A DNA stretch of 63,934 nt, counting the filler. It is 4 parts of 4 records of this genome, joined end to end, with 100 filler letters (N's around TTAATTAATTAA, not from the genome) between each part and the next. Parts side by side here need not be neighbours in the genome. Positions count along the whole stretch, not along the records: positions 1 to 9,168 come from SRR20825006_441; positions 9,269 to 25,748 come from SRR20825006_442; 2 more parts are not named here. One strand, given 5' to 3'. Position numbers and translations under genes: made by a program. Shown here one piece after another: positions 1 through 10,712 of the stretch. Under the pieces are notes generated by a model. The model was not told where the DNA came from, did not search any database, and saw only the letters and a list, made by a program, of their open reading frames with translations. Position 1 is the stretch's first letter. Each line of letters opens with the position of its first letter.

Positions 1-3000
1 TGTTCTGTCAAACTAATGCCCGTGTTCTCGGTGGCATCGAGTAATGTAAACAGTGTTTCCTTTTCTGTATGGTCGGGGCAAGCCGGATAGCCGGGAGCAG
101 GGCGTATGCCCCGGTAGGCTTCCTTAATCAGCGCCTCGTTGTCCAGGTCTTCCTCTGGGGCGTAAGGCCAAAACTCTTTGCGAACACGCAGATGCATGTG
201 TTCGGCAAACGATTCTGCCAGGCGATCAGCCAGCGCTTTCACCATAATGGCGCTGTAATCGTCATTGGCCTCCTCGTAACGCTTCGCTAGCTCTTCAGCG
301 CCGATTCCTGTGGTCACCGCAAAGCCGCCCACGTAGTCTTCGACATCGCTACCCTCGGGGGCAATGTAGTCGGCAAGGCTCATTTGCGGTTTATTGTCCG
401 CTTTTTGGGCCTGTTGGCGCAGGTGATGGAGCAGGGCGATTTCTTCGCCCTGCTCGTTAAACACGGCAATATCATCGCTGCCGCGACGCTTGGCGGGCCA
501 AAAACCAATCACGGCGTTGGCCTTGATGTGCTTCTCGTTAATTAATTTATCGAGCATTTTCTGCGCGTCGTTGTATAGATTTTGCGCAGCCTCGCCGACT
601 TTCTCGTCGTTGAGAATTTTTGGATACTTGCCCGCCAGTCCCCAGGAGATGAAAAACGGCGTCCAGTCGATGGTCTCGCGCAAGGCTTCCAACGGGTAGT
701 CTTCAAAGACTTTGGTGCCGGTAAAGCTGGGTTTGGGCGGCTGATAGTCACTCCAATCGAAAGGCAGGGCGCGCTCGCAGGCCGCTGAATAGTCCAGCAG
801 TCGGGTTTTCTGAGCATTGCCTGCGCGGCGTGCGCGAATGCGCTCGTATTCATCGCGGCGGTCAGCGACGAACTGTGCCTTCAGGTCCTGGCTTATCAGC
901 TGGGTGGCAACGGCGACGCTGCGGGAGGCATCTGGCACGTAGACAGTGACATCATTTTGATACTTCGGCTCAATTTTTACCGCGGTATGCGCTTTCGATG
1001 TTGTGGCACCGCCGATCATCAGTGGCACTTGGTAATCCAAACGTTGCATCTCACTCGCCACGTGGACCATCTCGTCAAGTGAGGGTGTGATCAGCCCGCT
1101 AAGGCCGATAATGTCTACCTCTTCGGCTTTCGCCGTTTCCAAGATCTTATCGGCCGAGACCATAACGCCCAGGTCGATTACCTCAAAGTTATTACACTGT
1201 AGAACAACGCCAACAATGTTTTTGCCAATGTCGTGAACATCGCCTTTCACCGTCGCCATTAGCACTTTGCCGTTGGCCTTGGCGCCGACCTCTTTGCCAG
1301 CTTCAATAAAGGGGTTTAGGTAGGCAACGGCCTGTTTCATTACCCGGGCAGATTTTACAACCTGGGGCAGGAACATCTTGCCATCACCGAATAGATCACC
1401 AACAACGTTCATGCCGTCCATCAACGGGCCTTCTATCACGTCGATGGGTTTTGCCGCTTCTTGTCTTGCGGCCTCGGCATCCTCTTCGATAAACGTGGTG
1501 ATTCCTTTTACCAGGGAGTGCTCAATACGCTTGGCGACCGGCCATTCACGCCAGCTAAGATCTTCCTGCTGGGCCATGCCCTTGCCGTCACCGCGGTATT
1601 TCTCGGCGATATCGAGCAGCCGCTCGGTGCTGTCGTCGCGGCGATTCAAGATGACGTCTTCCACCGCGTCGCGCAGTTCGTCCGGCAGGTCGTCGTAGAT
1701 CGCGAGCTGACCCGCATTAACGATACCCATGTCCATGCCGGCTTTGATCGCATGGTAGAGAAACACTGAGTGGATCGCCTCGCGCACCGGATTGTTGCCG
1801 CGGAACGAAAACGACACATTGGAAACGCCGCCGGAGACCATGGCGCCGGGGAGTTCTGCTTTGATATAGGCGGTGGCTTCAATAAAGTCGACGGCGTAGT
1901 TGTTGTGCTCGTCGATGCCGGTGGCTACCGCAAAAATATTGGGGTCGAAAATAATATCTTCCGCGGGGAAGCCGATCTCATCGACCAAAATATCGTAGGA
2001 GCGCTTACAGATTTCTGCTTTGCGCTTAAAGGTATCTGCCTGGCCGTCTTCGTCAAAGGCCATCACCACCACGGCGGCGCCAAACTTCATGCACTGGCGA
2101 GCGCGATCGCGAAATTCCTCTTCACCTTCTTTTAGTGAAATCGAATTGACCACGGGTTTTCCCTGAATGCACTTCAGGCCAGCCTCGATAATCTCCCACT
2201 TAGACGAGTCCACCATGATGGGCACGCGCGAGATATCGGGTTCAGAGGCAATCAAGTTGAGGAAGGTCACCATTGCCGACTGGGCGTCGAGCATGCCTTC
2301 ATCCATATTGATGTCGATGATCTGCGCGCCATTTTCCACTTGCTGGCGAGCAACAGATAGCGCTTCGTCGTAATTACCTTCCAAAATCAGCCGCTTGAAG
2401 ATCGCCGAACCCGTTACATTGCAGCGTTCACCGACGTTGACGAACAGGCTGTCGGCGGTGATGTTGAAGGGCTCCAGGCCAGATAGGCGACATGCGGGCG
2501 CTCGCTCGGGCAGCGCTCGGGGAGCGACACCTTCCACGGCGCGTGCGATTGCTTCGATATGGGCTGGGGTCGTGCCGCAGCAACCGCCCACTAGATTCAG
2601 GTAGCCGCGCTGTGCAAATTCGCGCAGCTCGCCGTGCATATCATCGGGGGTTTCGTCGTACTCGCCGAATTCATTAGGCAAGCCAGCATTAAAGTGGCCG
2701 CTAAAATAGCAGTCTGCCGCGTCGGCGAGCTCTTCAACAAAGGGGCGAATTTCGCTGAATCGGCGGCCACAGTTGGTGCCAACGATCAGCGGCTTGGCGT
2801 GGGCAATACTATTCCAGAACGCCGTCGGGGTTTGGCCGGAAAGGGTGCGCCCACTGGTGTCGGGAAACGTTACCGATATCATGATCGGTAGCTCAATATT
2901 GTGGTCTTCAAAATACTGCAGCACTGCGTATACAGCGGCCTTGGCGTTCAGGCTGTCGAAGATGGTCTCGATTAGCAGCAGATCTGCGCCACCGGTCACC

Positions 3001-3518
3001 AGGCCTCGGGTGGCGGCATAGTAGTCGCTGACCAGCTTGTCGAAATTGATATTGCGCGCGCCCGGGTCATTTACATCGGGAGAAATAGACGCGGTCCGCG
3101 GGGTGGGGCCGATAACACCGGCCACAAACCGGGGTTTATCCGGGTTGCGGGCCGTTTCGGCATCAGCCACCTCTCGGGCAAGCTGGGCGCCTACAACATT
3201 GAGCTCTTCGGCGATCTCGCCCAGTTCATAGTCATCCTGCGCGACCATGGTGGAGTTAAAGGTATTGGTCTCGATGATATCGGCACCAACATCCAAAAAC
3301 GCCTGATGAATATCGCGAATCAGCTGAGGCTGGGTCAGTGTTAGTAGATCATTATTGCCACGCACGTCCTTGTGGTAATCGGCAAAGCGTTCGCCTCGGT
3401 AAGCAGATTCTTCCAGTTTGTACTGTTGAATCATGCTGCCCATGGCCCCATCTATTACCAGTATGCGGTCTTTGATGGCAGCTTTTAGTAGATCGGCGCG
3501 GGCAGTAGAGTGAGTCAT
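1..3518 (-). CDS. metH: Cobalamin-dependent methionine synthase (3' end cut by window edge)
   Basis: Manual minus-strand translation from ATG at 3518 gives [31 protein letters not shown]. The B12-binding motif [14 protein letters not shown] lies near 1210-1255 and the C-terminal [12 protein letters not shown] near 70-105. It is missing from the ORF track because there is no stop inside the window. Confidence 0.97.
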   Translation of the reverse strand, partial: MTHSTARADLLKAAIKDRILVIDGAMGSMIQQYKLEESAYRGERFADYHKDVRGNNDLLTLTQPQLIRDIHQAFLDVGADIIETNTFNSTMVAQDDYELGEIAEELNVVGAQLAREVADAETARNPDKPRFVAGVIGPTPRTASISPDVNDPGARNINFDKLVSDYYAATRGLVTGGADLLLIETIFDSLNAKAAVYAVLQYFEDHNIELPIMISVTFPDTSGRTLSGQTPTAFWNSIAHAKPLIVGTNCGRRFSEIRPFVEELADAADCYFSGHFNAGLPNEFGEYDETPDDMHGELREFAQRGYLNLVGGCCGTTPAHIEAIARAVEGVAPRALPERAPACRLSGLEPFNITADSLFVNVGERCNVTGSAIFKRLILEGNYDEALSVARQQVENGAQIIDINMDEGMLDAQSAMVTFLNLIASEPDISRVPIMVDSSKWEIIEAGLKCIQGKPVVNSISLKEGEEEFRDRARQCMKFGAAVVVMAFDEDGQADTFKRKAEICKRSYDILVDEIGFPAEDIIFDPNIFAVATGIDEHNNYAVDFIEATAYIKAELPGAMVSGGVSNVSFSFRGNNPVREAIHSVFLYHAIKAGMDMGIVNAGQLAIYDDLPDELRDAVEDVILNRRDDSTERLLDIAEKYRGDGKGMAQQEDLSWREWPVAKRIEHSLVKGITTFIEEDAEAARQEAAKPIDVIEGPLMDGMNVVGDLFGDGKMFLPQVVKSARVMKQAVAYLNPFIEAGKEVGAKANGKVLMATVKGDVHDIGKNIVGVVLQCNNFEVIDLGVMVSADKILETAKAEEVDIIGLSGLITPSLDEMVHVASEMQRLDYQVPLMIGGATTSKAHTAVKIEPKYQNDVTVYVPDASRSVAVATQLISQDLKAQFVADRRDEYERIRARRAGNAQKTRLLDYSAACERALPFDWSDYQPPKPSFTGTKVFEDYPLEALRETIDWTPFFISWGLAGKYPKILNDEKVGEAAQNLYNDAQKMLDKLINEKHIKANAVIGFWPAKRRGSDDIAVFNEQGEEIALLHHLRQQAQKADNKPQMSLADYIAPEGSDVEDYVGGFAVTTGIGAEELAKRYEEANDDYSAIMVKALADRLAESFAEHMHLRVRKEFWPYAPEEDLDNEALIKEAYRGIRPAPGYPACPDHTEKETLFTLLDATENTGISLTE

Positions 3519-3680
3519 GTAGGTCCTGATGCTGTTTTACGTGGGGCAAGTAGCCGTTCATAGGCTGTGGCCGGAATGGCCTTCGTGCTAAACTGCGCAA
3601 TTCTATCAGATTGTCAGCTTGGCATAGAAATTTCATCTCACTGCCGCTTACGATCCGTCCGGAGTCCATACGAGGTACAT

Positions 3681-4283
3681 ATGACGACAGAGCAAGCCGA
3701 GGTCAAATTAACCATCACCGAGTCCGCGCAGGGCTACCTGGCTGAACTGCTTTCCAAACAAGATGACGTGATCGGTGTTCGTGTGTTTATTACGCAACCG
3801 GGCACGCCCAAGGCGGAAACCTGCATTGCTTATTGTCGTGATGACGACGCGAAAGATGACGATATCGTCATTGATTACAGCGGTTTCAAGGCCTATTTCG
3901 AGGGTCGCAGCGTGCCATTTTTGGAAGATGCGCTGATCGACTATTCGAAAGATCGCATGGGTGGTCAGCTAACAATCAAGGCGCCCAACGCTCGTCTGCC
4001 AAAGGTCAGTGCCGACAGCCCCCTGGAAGATCGCATCAATTATGTGTTGTACAACGAGGTTAACCCCTCACTCGCTGCCCACGGCGGTGAAGTGTCGCTC
4101 GTTGAAATTACCGAAGACCATATTGCCATTTTGAAATTTGGCGGCGGTTGCCAGGGTTGCGGCATGGTCGATGTCACCCTCAAAGAGGGGGTTGAGAAAA
4201 CCTTGGTTGAGCAGGTGCCCGAATTGAACGGCGTGCGGGATATGACCGACCACAGCAACACGGATAACGCCTACTTTAAATAA
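3681..4283 (+). CDS. nfuA: Fe/S biogenesis protein NfuA
   Basis: N-terminal A-type carrier-like domain plus NifU C-domain with GGGCQGC. ATG at 3681 follows GAGG. Confidence 0.95.
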   Translation: MTTEQAEVKLTITESAQGYLAELLSKQDDVIGVRVFITQPGTPKAETCIAYCRDDDAKDDDIVIDYSGFKAYFEGRSVPFLEDALIDYSKDRMGGQLTIKAPNARLPKVSADSPLEDRINYVLYNEVNPSLAAHGGEVSLVEITEDHIAILKFGGGCQGCGMVDVTLKEGVEKTLVEQVPELNGVRDMTDHSNTDNAYFK

Positions 4284-4333
4284 GTCCGCTTCCTCGCATT
4301 CCGCGCCGCCTGGCGGCGCCAGAAGGATTTGCC

Positions 4334-4744
4334 ATGATTTCGCTTCCCTATACGCGCACCTGCATACAGGTGCGCTTTTCCGACTTAGACTTTCTCGGCC
4401 ACGTGTCCAACAGCGTCTACGCGCAATATTTTGACTTGGCGCGCATCGATTTTTTTCGCGAGTTGGATAAAGTCTCCAAAGCGCCTCATAACGTGGTGGC
4501 GAGTGTGAAAATGGATATGCTGCGTGAAATTCGCTTCGACCACGAGGTTGTTGTCGATACCTGGTGCTCGCACGTTGGCAACAAAAGCATGACCATCGAA
4601 CACCACATCTATGCCAATGGCGAATGTGCCACCACCTCGAGCAGTGTGATTGTCGGTTTTGATCGCGAGACGCGCAGCGCCATTGCGCTGCCAAGTGACT
4701 GGCAAGTCACTGATCCCAGTTTAATTCCTGCAAAACCGGCCTAA
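4334..4744 (+). CDS. Acyl-CoA thioesterase (4HBT/YbgC-FadM family)
   Basis: VRFSDLDFLGHVSNSVY hotdog-fold motif. Confidence 0.9.
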   Translation: MISLPYTRTCIQVRFSDLDFLGHVSNSVYAQYFDLARIDFFRELDKVSKAPHNVVASVKMDMLREIRFDHEVVVDTWCSHVGNKSMTIEHHIYANGECATTSSSVIVGFDRETRSAIALPSDWQVTDPSLIPAKPA

Positions 4745-5196
4745 TGGACGCGGCGTGCCCCTGCGGCAGTGATAGCAACTACGCGGATTGCTGTCAGCGC
4801 TATCACACTCATCAGGCCACCGCGAGCACGGCCGAGCAATTGATGCGCTCGCGCTACTGTGCATTCGTAGTGGGCGACAATCGCTACCTTCGCGATAGCT
4901 GGCACCCCGATTTTCGCCCGCAAGACCCACTTATTAGCGATGACACGCCCTGGCTAGGCCTGCGTATATTGGCTGCGCCAGCCCCACAGGCGGACGCGGC
5001 GACCGTCGAATTTGTGGCATTTTATAGTCAGCAGGGGCGCGTAGCGCAGTTGCATGAGCGCTCTCGGTTTATTCGTATGGACGGCAGGTGGTACTACACC
5101 GAAGGTGATCAACTGCCAGCTATCAAGCTTGCGCGCAACGACCGCTGCTGTTGTGGCAGTGGCCGTAAACAGAAACACTGCCATGCGGAATGCTAA
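4744..5196 (+). CDS. ychJ: YchJ family protein with SEC-C motifs
   Basis: CPCGS N-terminus, TAEQLMRSRY, ERSRF and a C-terminal RNDRCCCGSGRKQKHCH SEC-C motif. Confidence 0.92.
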   Translation: MDAACPCGSDSNYADCCQRYHTHQATASTAEQLMRSRYCAFVVGDNRYLRDSWHPDFRPQDPLISDDTPWLGLRILAAPAPQADAATVEFVAFYSQQGRVAQLHERSRFIRMDGRWYYTEGDQLPAIKLARNDRCCCGSGRKQKHCHAEC

Positions 5197-5199
5197 CTT

Positions 5200-5940
5200 G
5201 TGAAGTCGCTGCGAATACTTTCCTATAACGTGCACAAAGGGTTCAGCGCCCGCAACCGGCGCTATTTGCTCGATGAAATTCGCGAGGGCATTCGCAGTGT
5301 AAATGCCGACATTGTCTTTCTACAGGAAGTTGTTGGCGAAAACCGCGACCACGCTAAACGCTGGGAAAATTGGGTGGATGCCGGCCAGTTTGAGTACCTG
5401 GCTGACAGCGTGTGGCCGCATTTTGCCTACGGCCGCAATGCGATCTATCAGCACGGTCATCACGGCAATGCCATCCTCAGCAAATATCCCATTGTTAACA
5501 GCGACAATATCGATGTGTCAGTGATGAAGCGCTCCCAGCGCGGCTTACTGTTCGCGCAAATTACTCCCGGTGTTCAGCTTGTCTGTGCGCATATGGGCTT
5601 GTTGGCCTGGGAACGACGCCGCCAATTCAAGCAATTGAAGCATCAGCTTATGGAGCGAGATAGCGCTGCTGAGGGCTTGATTATCGCCGGAGATTTTAAC
5701 GACTGGCAGTTGCGTCTGCACAAGCATTTCTATCGTGAACTGGATGTTCGGGAAGCGATGACGGAAATACAGGGGCGCCCCGCAAAGAGCTTCCCCGCAC
5801 CGTATCCACTGTTGCCGCTGGATCGCATTTACTACAAGGGCTTGGTATTGCGTGAGGCGAAGGTGCTTCGCGGAGAGCCGTGGCGGTCGCTGTCTGATCA
5901 CTGCGCCCTTTATGCTGAATTTGCTTTACCTAATTGCTAA
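5200..5940 (+). CDS. Endonuclease/exonuclease/phosphatase family protein (YbhP-like)
   Basis: SYNVHKG, LQEV, GDFND, LDRIY and SDH motifs. Confidence 0.9.
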   Translation: MKSLRILSYNVHKGFSARNRRYLLDEIREGIRSVNADIVFLQEVVGENRDHAKRWENWVDAGQFEYLADSVWPHFAYGRNAIYQHGHHGNAILSKYPIVNSDNIDVSVMKRSQRGLLFAQITPGVQLVCAHMGLLAWERRRQFKQLKHQLMERDSAAEGLIIAGDFNDWQLRLHKHFYRELDVREAMTEIQGRPAKSFPAPYPLLPLDRIYYKGLVLREAKVLRGEPWRSLSDHCALYAEFALPNC

Positions 5941-5965
5941 AAAAAAGCCCCGGATAAACCGGGGC
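5939..5965 (-). terminator. Intrinsic terminator hairpin
   Basis: GCCCCGG-ATAAA-CCGGGGC preceded by an A-run (U-tract on the minus strand). Confidence 0.7.
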
Positions 5966-6032
5966 AAAGCCATAGATGGTGTAGAAGCACTTAGCTTTAC
6001 GCCAAAAATATTCGGGTGGATCAATAAATAAT

Positions 6033-6065
6033 AAAAAAGGCGCCAATTGGCGCCTTTTCATTTTT
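6033..6065. terminator. Bidirectional intrinsic terminator downstream of the DAHP synthase gene
   Basis: AAAAAAGGCGCC-AATT-GGCGCCTTTT. Confidence 0.75.
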
Positions 6066-6077
6066 CCGGTGGGGCTT

Positions 6078-7154
6078 TTAACCGCGCTTGCGGCCGGGGA
6101 GCACATCGCGAAGTTTATCGCGCATATCGCGCAGTGCAGCCTCAGTTTCCTCCCAACCGATGCAGCCGTCAGTGACTGATACGCCGTATTCGAGCTCAGA
6201 AAGGTCAGCCGGGATTTTTTGGTTGCCGGGCTTGATGTTACTTTCGATCATCAAACCGATAATCGAGGTGTTACCTTCGATGATCTGGTTAGTGACATTC
6301 TCCATAACCAGAGGCTGGAGGCTCGGTTGCTTGTTGGAGTTTGCGTGGCTGCAGTCCACCATAATATTGAGTGGGTATCCGGCTTTATCCAGGGCGGCCT
6401 CACACAATTTAATATGAACAGAGTCATAGTTAGGCCCGGCGCTACCGCCGCGCAATACCACATGGGCGTAACGGTTGCCGCGCGTGTGGATCACTGCCAC
6501 CTGGCCTTCGCCGTTAATACCGAGAAAACGGTGGGGTTTTACCGCTGAGCCGATAGCGTTCATGGCAACGTCTAAGCCGCCGTCGGTGCCGTTCTTAAAG
6601 CCGACGGCAGAAGACAGGCCGCTGGCCATTTCGCGGTGAGTCTGCGACTCGGTTGTTCTCGCACCAATCGCTGACCAGGAAATGCAATCCTGCAAATACT
6701 GAGGCGAAATAGGGTCCAGAGCTTCGGTTGAGGTCGGCAAGCCCAGCTCGGCGATATCCAGCAGCAATTTGCGGCCGATATGCAAACCCTCTTCAATTTT
6801 AAAGGTGTCGTTAAGGTAGGGGTCGTTGATCAAACCCTTCCAACCCACGGTAGTACGCGGTTTTTCAAAATACACGCGCATAACGATCACTAGCGTGTCT
6901 TGAAGCTCGTCAGCCAGCGTTTTCAAGCGCTGAGCATAATCCATGGCCAGTTCGACATCGTGAATGGAGCAGGGGCCAACCACAATAAACATGCGGTGGT
7001 CCTTGCCGTCCAGGATATTGCGCACGGTTTCGCGACCGGCAGAGACAACGGCTTTGGCGCTGTCGCTCATTGGCAGGGCCGCCTTCAGGCGCGCAGGAGT
7101 AATCAGCACTTCCTGTGCTTCGACATTAAGGTTTTCGATGATGGTTTCTGACAT
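6078..7154 (-). CDS. 3-deoxy-7-phosphoheptulonate (DAHP) synthase, class I (AroF/G/H family)
   Basis: GPCSIHD, RVYFEKPRTTVGWKG, IGARTTESQTHRE and DCSHANS motifs. Confidence 0.96.
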   Translation of the reverse strand: MSETIIENLNVEAQEVLITPARLKAALPMSDSAKAVVSAGRETVRNILDGKDHRMFIVVGPCSIHDVELAMDYAQRLKTLADELQDTLVIVMRVYFEKPRTTVGWKGLINDPYLNDTFKIEEGLHIGRKLLLDIAELGLPTSTEALDPISPQYLQDCISWSAIGARTTESQTHREMASGLSSAVGFKNGTDGGLDVAMNAIGSAVKPHRFLGINGEGQVAVIHTRGNRYAHVVLRGGSAGPNYDSVHIKLCEAALDKAGYPLNIMVDCSHANSNKQPSLQPLVMENVTNQIIEGNTSIIGLMIESNIKPGNQKIPADLSELEYGVSVTDGCIGWEETEAALRDMRDKLRDVLPGRKRG

Positions 7155-7291
7155 GGCTTACCGGATTCTGTCCCGAATCAAAACGTTATAGAGCCTGATA
7201 TTCTAACTGAAAAGCGTGCCAATAAAATATCAACTGGCGGTGAACAGGGCTAAAATAGCGGCTTTTCGACGAATAATTGCAAGAGTGCCCT

Positions 7292-7552
7292 ATGCCAACC
7301 GCTTTTCCATTGCTTTTCATGCTCGCGGTGTCAGCGCCTGTGGCGGCTGAGACGCCGACGGCACAGCCGCCAATAGAGCGTTGGTCGCCAGCGGTGCGCC
7401 CGGCGTCTGAGCCTGCGATCGCACAGTGGCCCTGCGACCGTCTCAGCGAGGTGACCGTTGTGAGTGATAAACAGCAGCGGCAATTGCGAGAGCGGAAAAA
7501 GCAATGCTTGCAACGCTACCAGCAATTTATTCCAGCGACGGGGCTGCGCTAG
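7292..7552 (+). CDS. Small hypothetical exported protein
   Basis: Signal-peptide-like N-terminus (LLFMLAVSAPVAA). The stop directly abuts the rlmD start. Confidence 0.5.
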   Translation: MPTAFPLLFMLAVSAPVAAETPTAQPPIERWSPAVRPASEPAIAQWPCDRLSEVTVVSDKQQRQLRERKKQCLQRYQQFIPATGLR

Positions 7553-8851
7553 ATGGCGACGATTTTCAAACCTTCGAAGCGCAATGCTCGCGCTAAACGC
7601 GCAACGCTTGCCGATAAGGGCGTGTTTGAGTTGCACATTGAGCGCTTGGCCGATGACGGCAGGGGCATCGCCCATCATAACAACAAGGTGGTGTTCGTCC
7701 TGGGCGCACTGCCTGGCGAGCGTGTGCAGGCGCGCTTGCTCAAGCGCCACAAGCGCTTCGATGAAGCAGAGAGTGTCCAGCTGTTGGCGGCGTCCGAGCA
7801 TCGAGTCGAACCGCCGTGTTCGCAGTACGGTCAGTGCGGGGGGTGTCAGCTCCAGCATTTGGCATACCCAGAGCAAGTTGAGCATAAGCGTTCACGCCTG
7901 TCAGCGATCATTGATGAGTGCGTTGATGTAGAGGTAATGGCTGGGCCGCCAGAGGCTTACCGCCACCGAGCGCGCTTGTCATACCGCGCGGGGCACCTGG
8001 GGTTCAAGGCAGCGGCGACCCACCATATTGTCGACACGACAGCCTGCTCAGTATTAGAGCCAGCGCTGAATGCGGCAATTGCTGCCGTTCGCGAGCCCTT
8101 GTTGCACGCGTTAAAACAGGGCCACCAGGCCGAATTGCTTTTTAGCCTGGGAGAGGGCGGCAGAGTCGGTTTGGCCGTTGAGGACAGTCGCCGCAGAAGC
8201 AGAGAGTGGAGCGAATCGTTAGCAAACGCCTTATTGCCAGCGGTGCAGCTGTATCAGGTACGTAGTTCGGACGGAATCTGGGTCAATGATTGCGAGCCGC
8301 TTCGCTACAGCAGCTCGGTTTCCCATGCCTTGCACTTTACGCCGACTGACTTCACCCAGGCTAACCGCGAGCTGAATACGCAGCTGGTCGAGCGCAGTGT
8401 AGCGTGGTTGGACGCGCAGGCCGGGGAATTCGTCATCGATTATTTCTGCGGGCTGGGCAATTTCAGCTTCCCCCTTGCCCAGTCGGGCGCCTCTGTGCTC
8501 GCGGTTGACGCCGGCGAGGAGATGTTGGCGCGGGCGCGGCAGCGGACGCAGGAGCAGGCATTAACCATTGAGTTTGCCTGCGCCGACCTGTTTGACTCGG
8601 CGCAGATTCCGCTTCGCCAGGCCAGCGCCGCCTTATTGGATCCTCCAAGGGCGGGCGCCAGGGCAGTGTGCGAAGCCATTGCTGGCTCACTATCGATGCG
8701 CAGGGTGGTGTATGTGTCGTGTGACCCCGCGACCTTGGCCCGCGATCTCGCAATTTTGTGTGAGGCGGGCTTCGAGATCAAAAAAGCGGCGATGGTAGAT
8801 ATGTTCCCGCATACCCACCATATGGAGTCGCTGATTTTGCTGGAGCGCTAG
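7553..8851 (+). CDS. rlmD: 23S rRNA m5U1939 methyltransferase (RlmD/TrmA family)
   Basis: TRAM domain, C-x5-CGGC Fe-S motif, DYFCGLGNF, LDPPRAG, YVSCDP and DMFPHTHH. Confidence 0.9.
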   Translation: MATIFKPSKRNARAKRATLADKGVFELHIERLADDGRGIAHHNNKVVFVLGALPGERVQARLLKRHKRFDEAESVQLLAASEHRVEPPCSQYGQCGGCQLQHLAYPEQVEHKRSRLSAIIDECVDVEVMAGPPEAYRHRARLSYRAGHLGFKAAATHHIVDTTACSVLEPALNAAIAAVREPLLHALKQGHQAELLFSLGEGGRVGLAVEDSRRRSREWSESLANALLPAVQLYQVRSSDGIWVNDCEPLRYSSSVSHALHFTPTDFTQANRELNTQLVERSVAWLDAQAGEFVIDYFCGLGNFSFPLAQSGASVLAVDAGEEMLARARQRTQEQALTIEFACADLFDSAQIPLRQASAALLDPPRAGARAVCEAIAGSLSMRRVVYVSCDPATLARDLAILCEAGFEIKKAAMVDMFPHTHHMESLILLER

Positions 8852-9168
8852 GCCATTTTTGCAATAATGTCCTGGGCATAGCGCAGCACGCCGTCGCGTT
8901 TTTTCACCGGGTCGTCGGTGTTGCCATGGTAGAACGGCCAGGGTTGAGTCAGGATATGGGTAATGCCATTGTCTTCGAGTTTGCGGTAGGCATCGGGGGT
9001 AAAGGCGTCTGACGGGGTCGCCATCACTGAGAACTGCTCGGGGTCGAATCCCTGCTCTTCACGGTAGCGGCGAATCAGTTTGACGGAGTCGATGATTTCG
9101 TCGCTGGTTTGTAAATCGCTCACCCAACCGTCGTGGCGGGCCGCGCGACGCATGGCCGCCTTACTGAT
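8848..9168 (-). CDS. LLM-class (luciferase-like) oxidoreductase, C-terminal fragment cut by contig end
   Basis: AMRRAARHDGW motif typical of LLM-class flavin/F420 oxidoreductases. Confidence 0.7.
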   Translation of the reverse strand: MSKAAMRRAARHDGWVSDLQTSDEIIDSVKLIRRYREEQGFDPEQFSVMATPSDAFTPDAYRKLEDNGITHILTQPWPFYHGNTDDPVKKRDGVLRYAQDIIAKMA

Positions 9169-9268
9169 NNNNNNNNNNNNNNNNNNNNNNNNNNNNNNNN
9201 NNNNNNNNNNNNTTAATTAATTAANNNNNNNNNNNNNNNNNNNNNNNNNNNNNNNNNNNNNNNNNNNN
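9169..9268. other. Artificial contig-joining spacer
   Basis: N44-TTAATTAATTAA-N44 (stops in all six frames), with an abrupt composition change across it. Confidence 0.98.
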
Positions 9269-9296
9269 GTCCTTGGTTCGAGCCCAAGAGGGGGAG
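9269..9296 (+). tRNA. tRNA 3' fragment (T-arm and acceptor strand), probably tRNA-Asn
   Basis: GTCCTTGGTTCGAGCCCAAGAGGGGGAG contains the T-loop GTTCGA. The acceptor 3' strand and discriminator G fit tRNA-Asn. The anticodon is not visible. Confidence 0.75.
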
Positions 9297-9303
9297 CAAA
9301 ATT

Positions 9304-9335
9304 AAGCCTTAACTATCTGTAGTTGAGGCTTTTTT
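9304..9335 (+). terminator. Terminator after the tRNA (probably bidirectional)
   Basis: AAGCCTTAACTA-TCTG-TAGTTGAGGCTT followed by a T-run. Confidence 0.7.
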
Positions 9336-9372
9336 GTTTTTGGAGGATTCGTTTTATCCAACCGTTTATCCA

Positions 9373-10710
9373 TCAAAAGGCTGAATACACACTATACGCA
9401 CAAAACAGAATGACAAAGCCGACGACTCCTTGGAGTAACGTGCCTAATGTGTGTTTGCGGTAGGCTTCCTTTACCGGCATTTCTCCCAGTTGACTTACGA
9501 TCCAGAAATACGAGTCATTAGCGTGCGAAACAGTAAGTGATCCTGCGCCTATGGCCATTATGACCCATACCTTGCCCATTTCAGAGTCAAAACCTAATGC
9601 GGGTAGTAACGGCAGCATTATAGAACTTATGGTGATGATTGCGACGGTAGATGAACCTTGAGCTGATTTGAGTAAAGCGGCCAATATAAAAGGAATCGCC
9701 AAGCCCAATCCATTACTGAAAGATTCTAAGTTGATCCCTTCAGTAAGGTTTGCGGTTTGAATAACGGTTCCTAAAGCACCGCCCATTGCAGTAATCAAGA
9801 GAATAGGAGCAGCTTGCGCCATTCCTTTTTTAATAATTTCAGAAATATCTCGTTGTTGTGTTTTACAGATGCTGAAGGCAACTAGTACACCGGCTAAAAG
9901 CGCAATGGCAGGATCTCCTAGAAATAGAAGTATATCGATGAATAGATTGGATCCTTCAAAAAACAATGGGATGATCGAAGCCGCTGCCATTAAGAGAATA
10001 GGGAGCGCTAAAGGCCAAATCGCTGCTGAAAACGAAGGGAGATCGGTGTCTTGGTTAAAATAGTTTTGAAGATTGTTACGATCAAAGGCATCCTGCTGAT
10101 TACTTTTTCTGAAAAAGTAAAACGAGAAAAATGCACCGATAAGCATCAGTACAAGGCCAAAAATTCCGCCTGCCAAAAGCAACAGATATAAATTTTCTAG
10201 CTGAAGGTTTCCAGCTGCGGCTAACGGTCCTGGTGTTGGTGGTACCAAAACGTGAGCAGAAAACAGTCCGGTGGAAAGCGCAACCGTTAAAGCGTTGCGC
10301 CGGGCGGTGTTATTGAGCGCCAGTTTTTTGGTCAACGGAGCCAAAATAACAAAAGCCGCATCGCAAAAAACAGGAATTGAAACCAGATAGCCCAAAGCAC
10401 TAATCACAAAAGGCAACGGTAGAATAGTCAGTTTTTTAATGATGCCTTTGGCAATTGCCGTGGTCGCGTTTGTTGTTTCTAAAGCAACGCCAATCCAAGC
10501 GCCAAAAAGAATCAGTAGGCCGATGTTTTTAAACATCGCTCCAAAACCGGTGCTTATCGTTTCCGGGATTTCTTCTAACGGAATCTGGAGGAGAAAGGCC
10601 AAACCTAAGGCGCTAATGAGCAACACAAAAAAGGGATGCCAGCGCAGGTAACTCGTACCTGCAATGATCCAAACAACAACGAGTACAATATAAATTAGAT
10701 CTAATTCCAT
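9373..10710 (-). CDS. GntP family permease
   Basis: Multiple TM segments plus SIPVFCD, HVLVPPTPGP, QGSSTVA and SHANDSYFW motifs. Confidence 0.93.
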   Translation of the reverse strand: MELDLIYIVLVVVWIIAGTSYLRWHPFFVLLISALGLAFLLQIPLEEIPETISTGFGAMFKNIGLLILFGAWIGVALETTNATTAIAKGIIKKLTILPLPFVISALGYLVSIPVFCDAAFVILAPLTKKLALNNTARRNALTVALSTGLFSAHVLVPPTPGPLAAAGNLQLENLYLLLLAGGIFGLVLMLIGAFFSFYFFRKSNQQDAFDRNNLQNYFNQDTDLPSFSAAIWPLALPILLMAAASIIPLFFEGSNLFIDILLFLGDPAIALLAGVLVAFSICKTQQRDISEIIKKGMAQAAPILLITAMGGALGTVIQTANLTEGINLESFSNGLGLAIPFILAALLKSAQGSSTVAIITISSIMLPLLPALGFDSEMGKVWVIMAIGAGSLTVSHANDSYFWIVSQLGEMPVKEAYRKHTLGTLLQGVVGFVILFCAYSVYSAF

Positions 10711-10712
10711 AA

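Noticed and set aside
69-3231. Many short ORFs listed over 1-3500
   Set aside because: All overlap metH, which the ORF track omitted because it runs off the window edge.
7205-7225. Sigma54 promoter (TTGGCACG) upstream of the DAHP synthase gene
   Set aside because: The -12 GC is absent at the required spacing.
9169-9268. TTAATTAATTAA flanked by Ns (also at 25749-25848 and 49025-49124) as a biological repeat
   Set aside because: It is an identical artificial linker joining unrelated contigs. No gene neighbourhood should be inferred across it.
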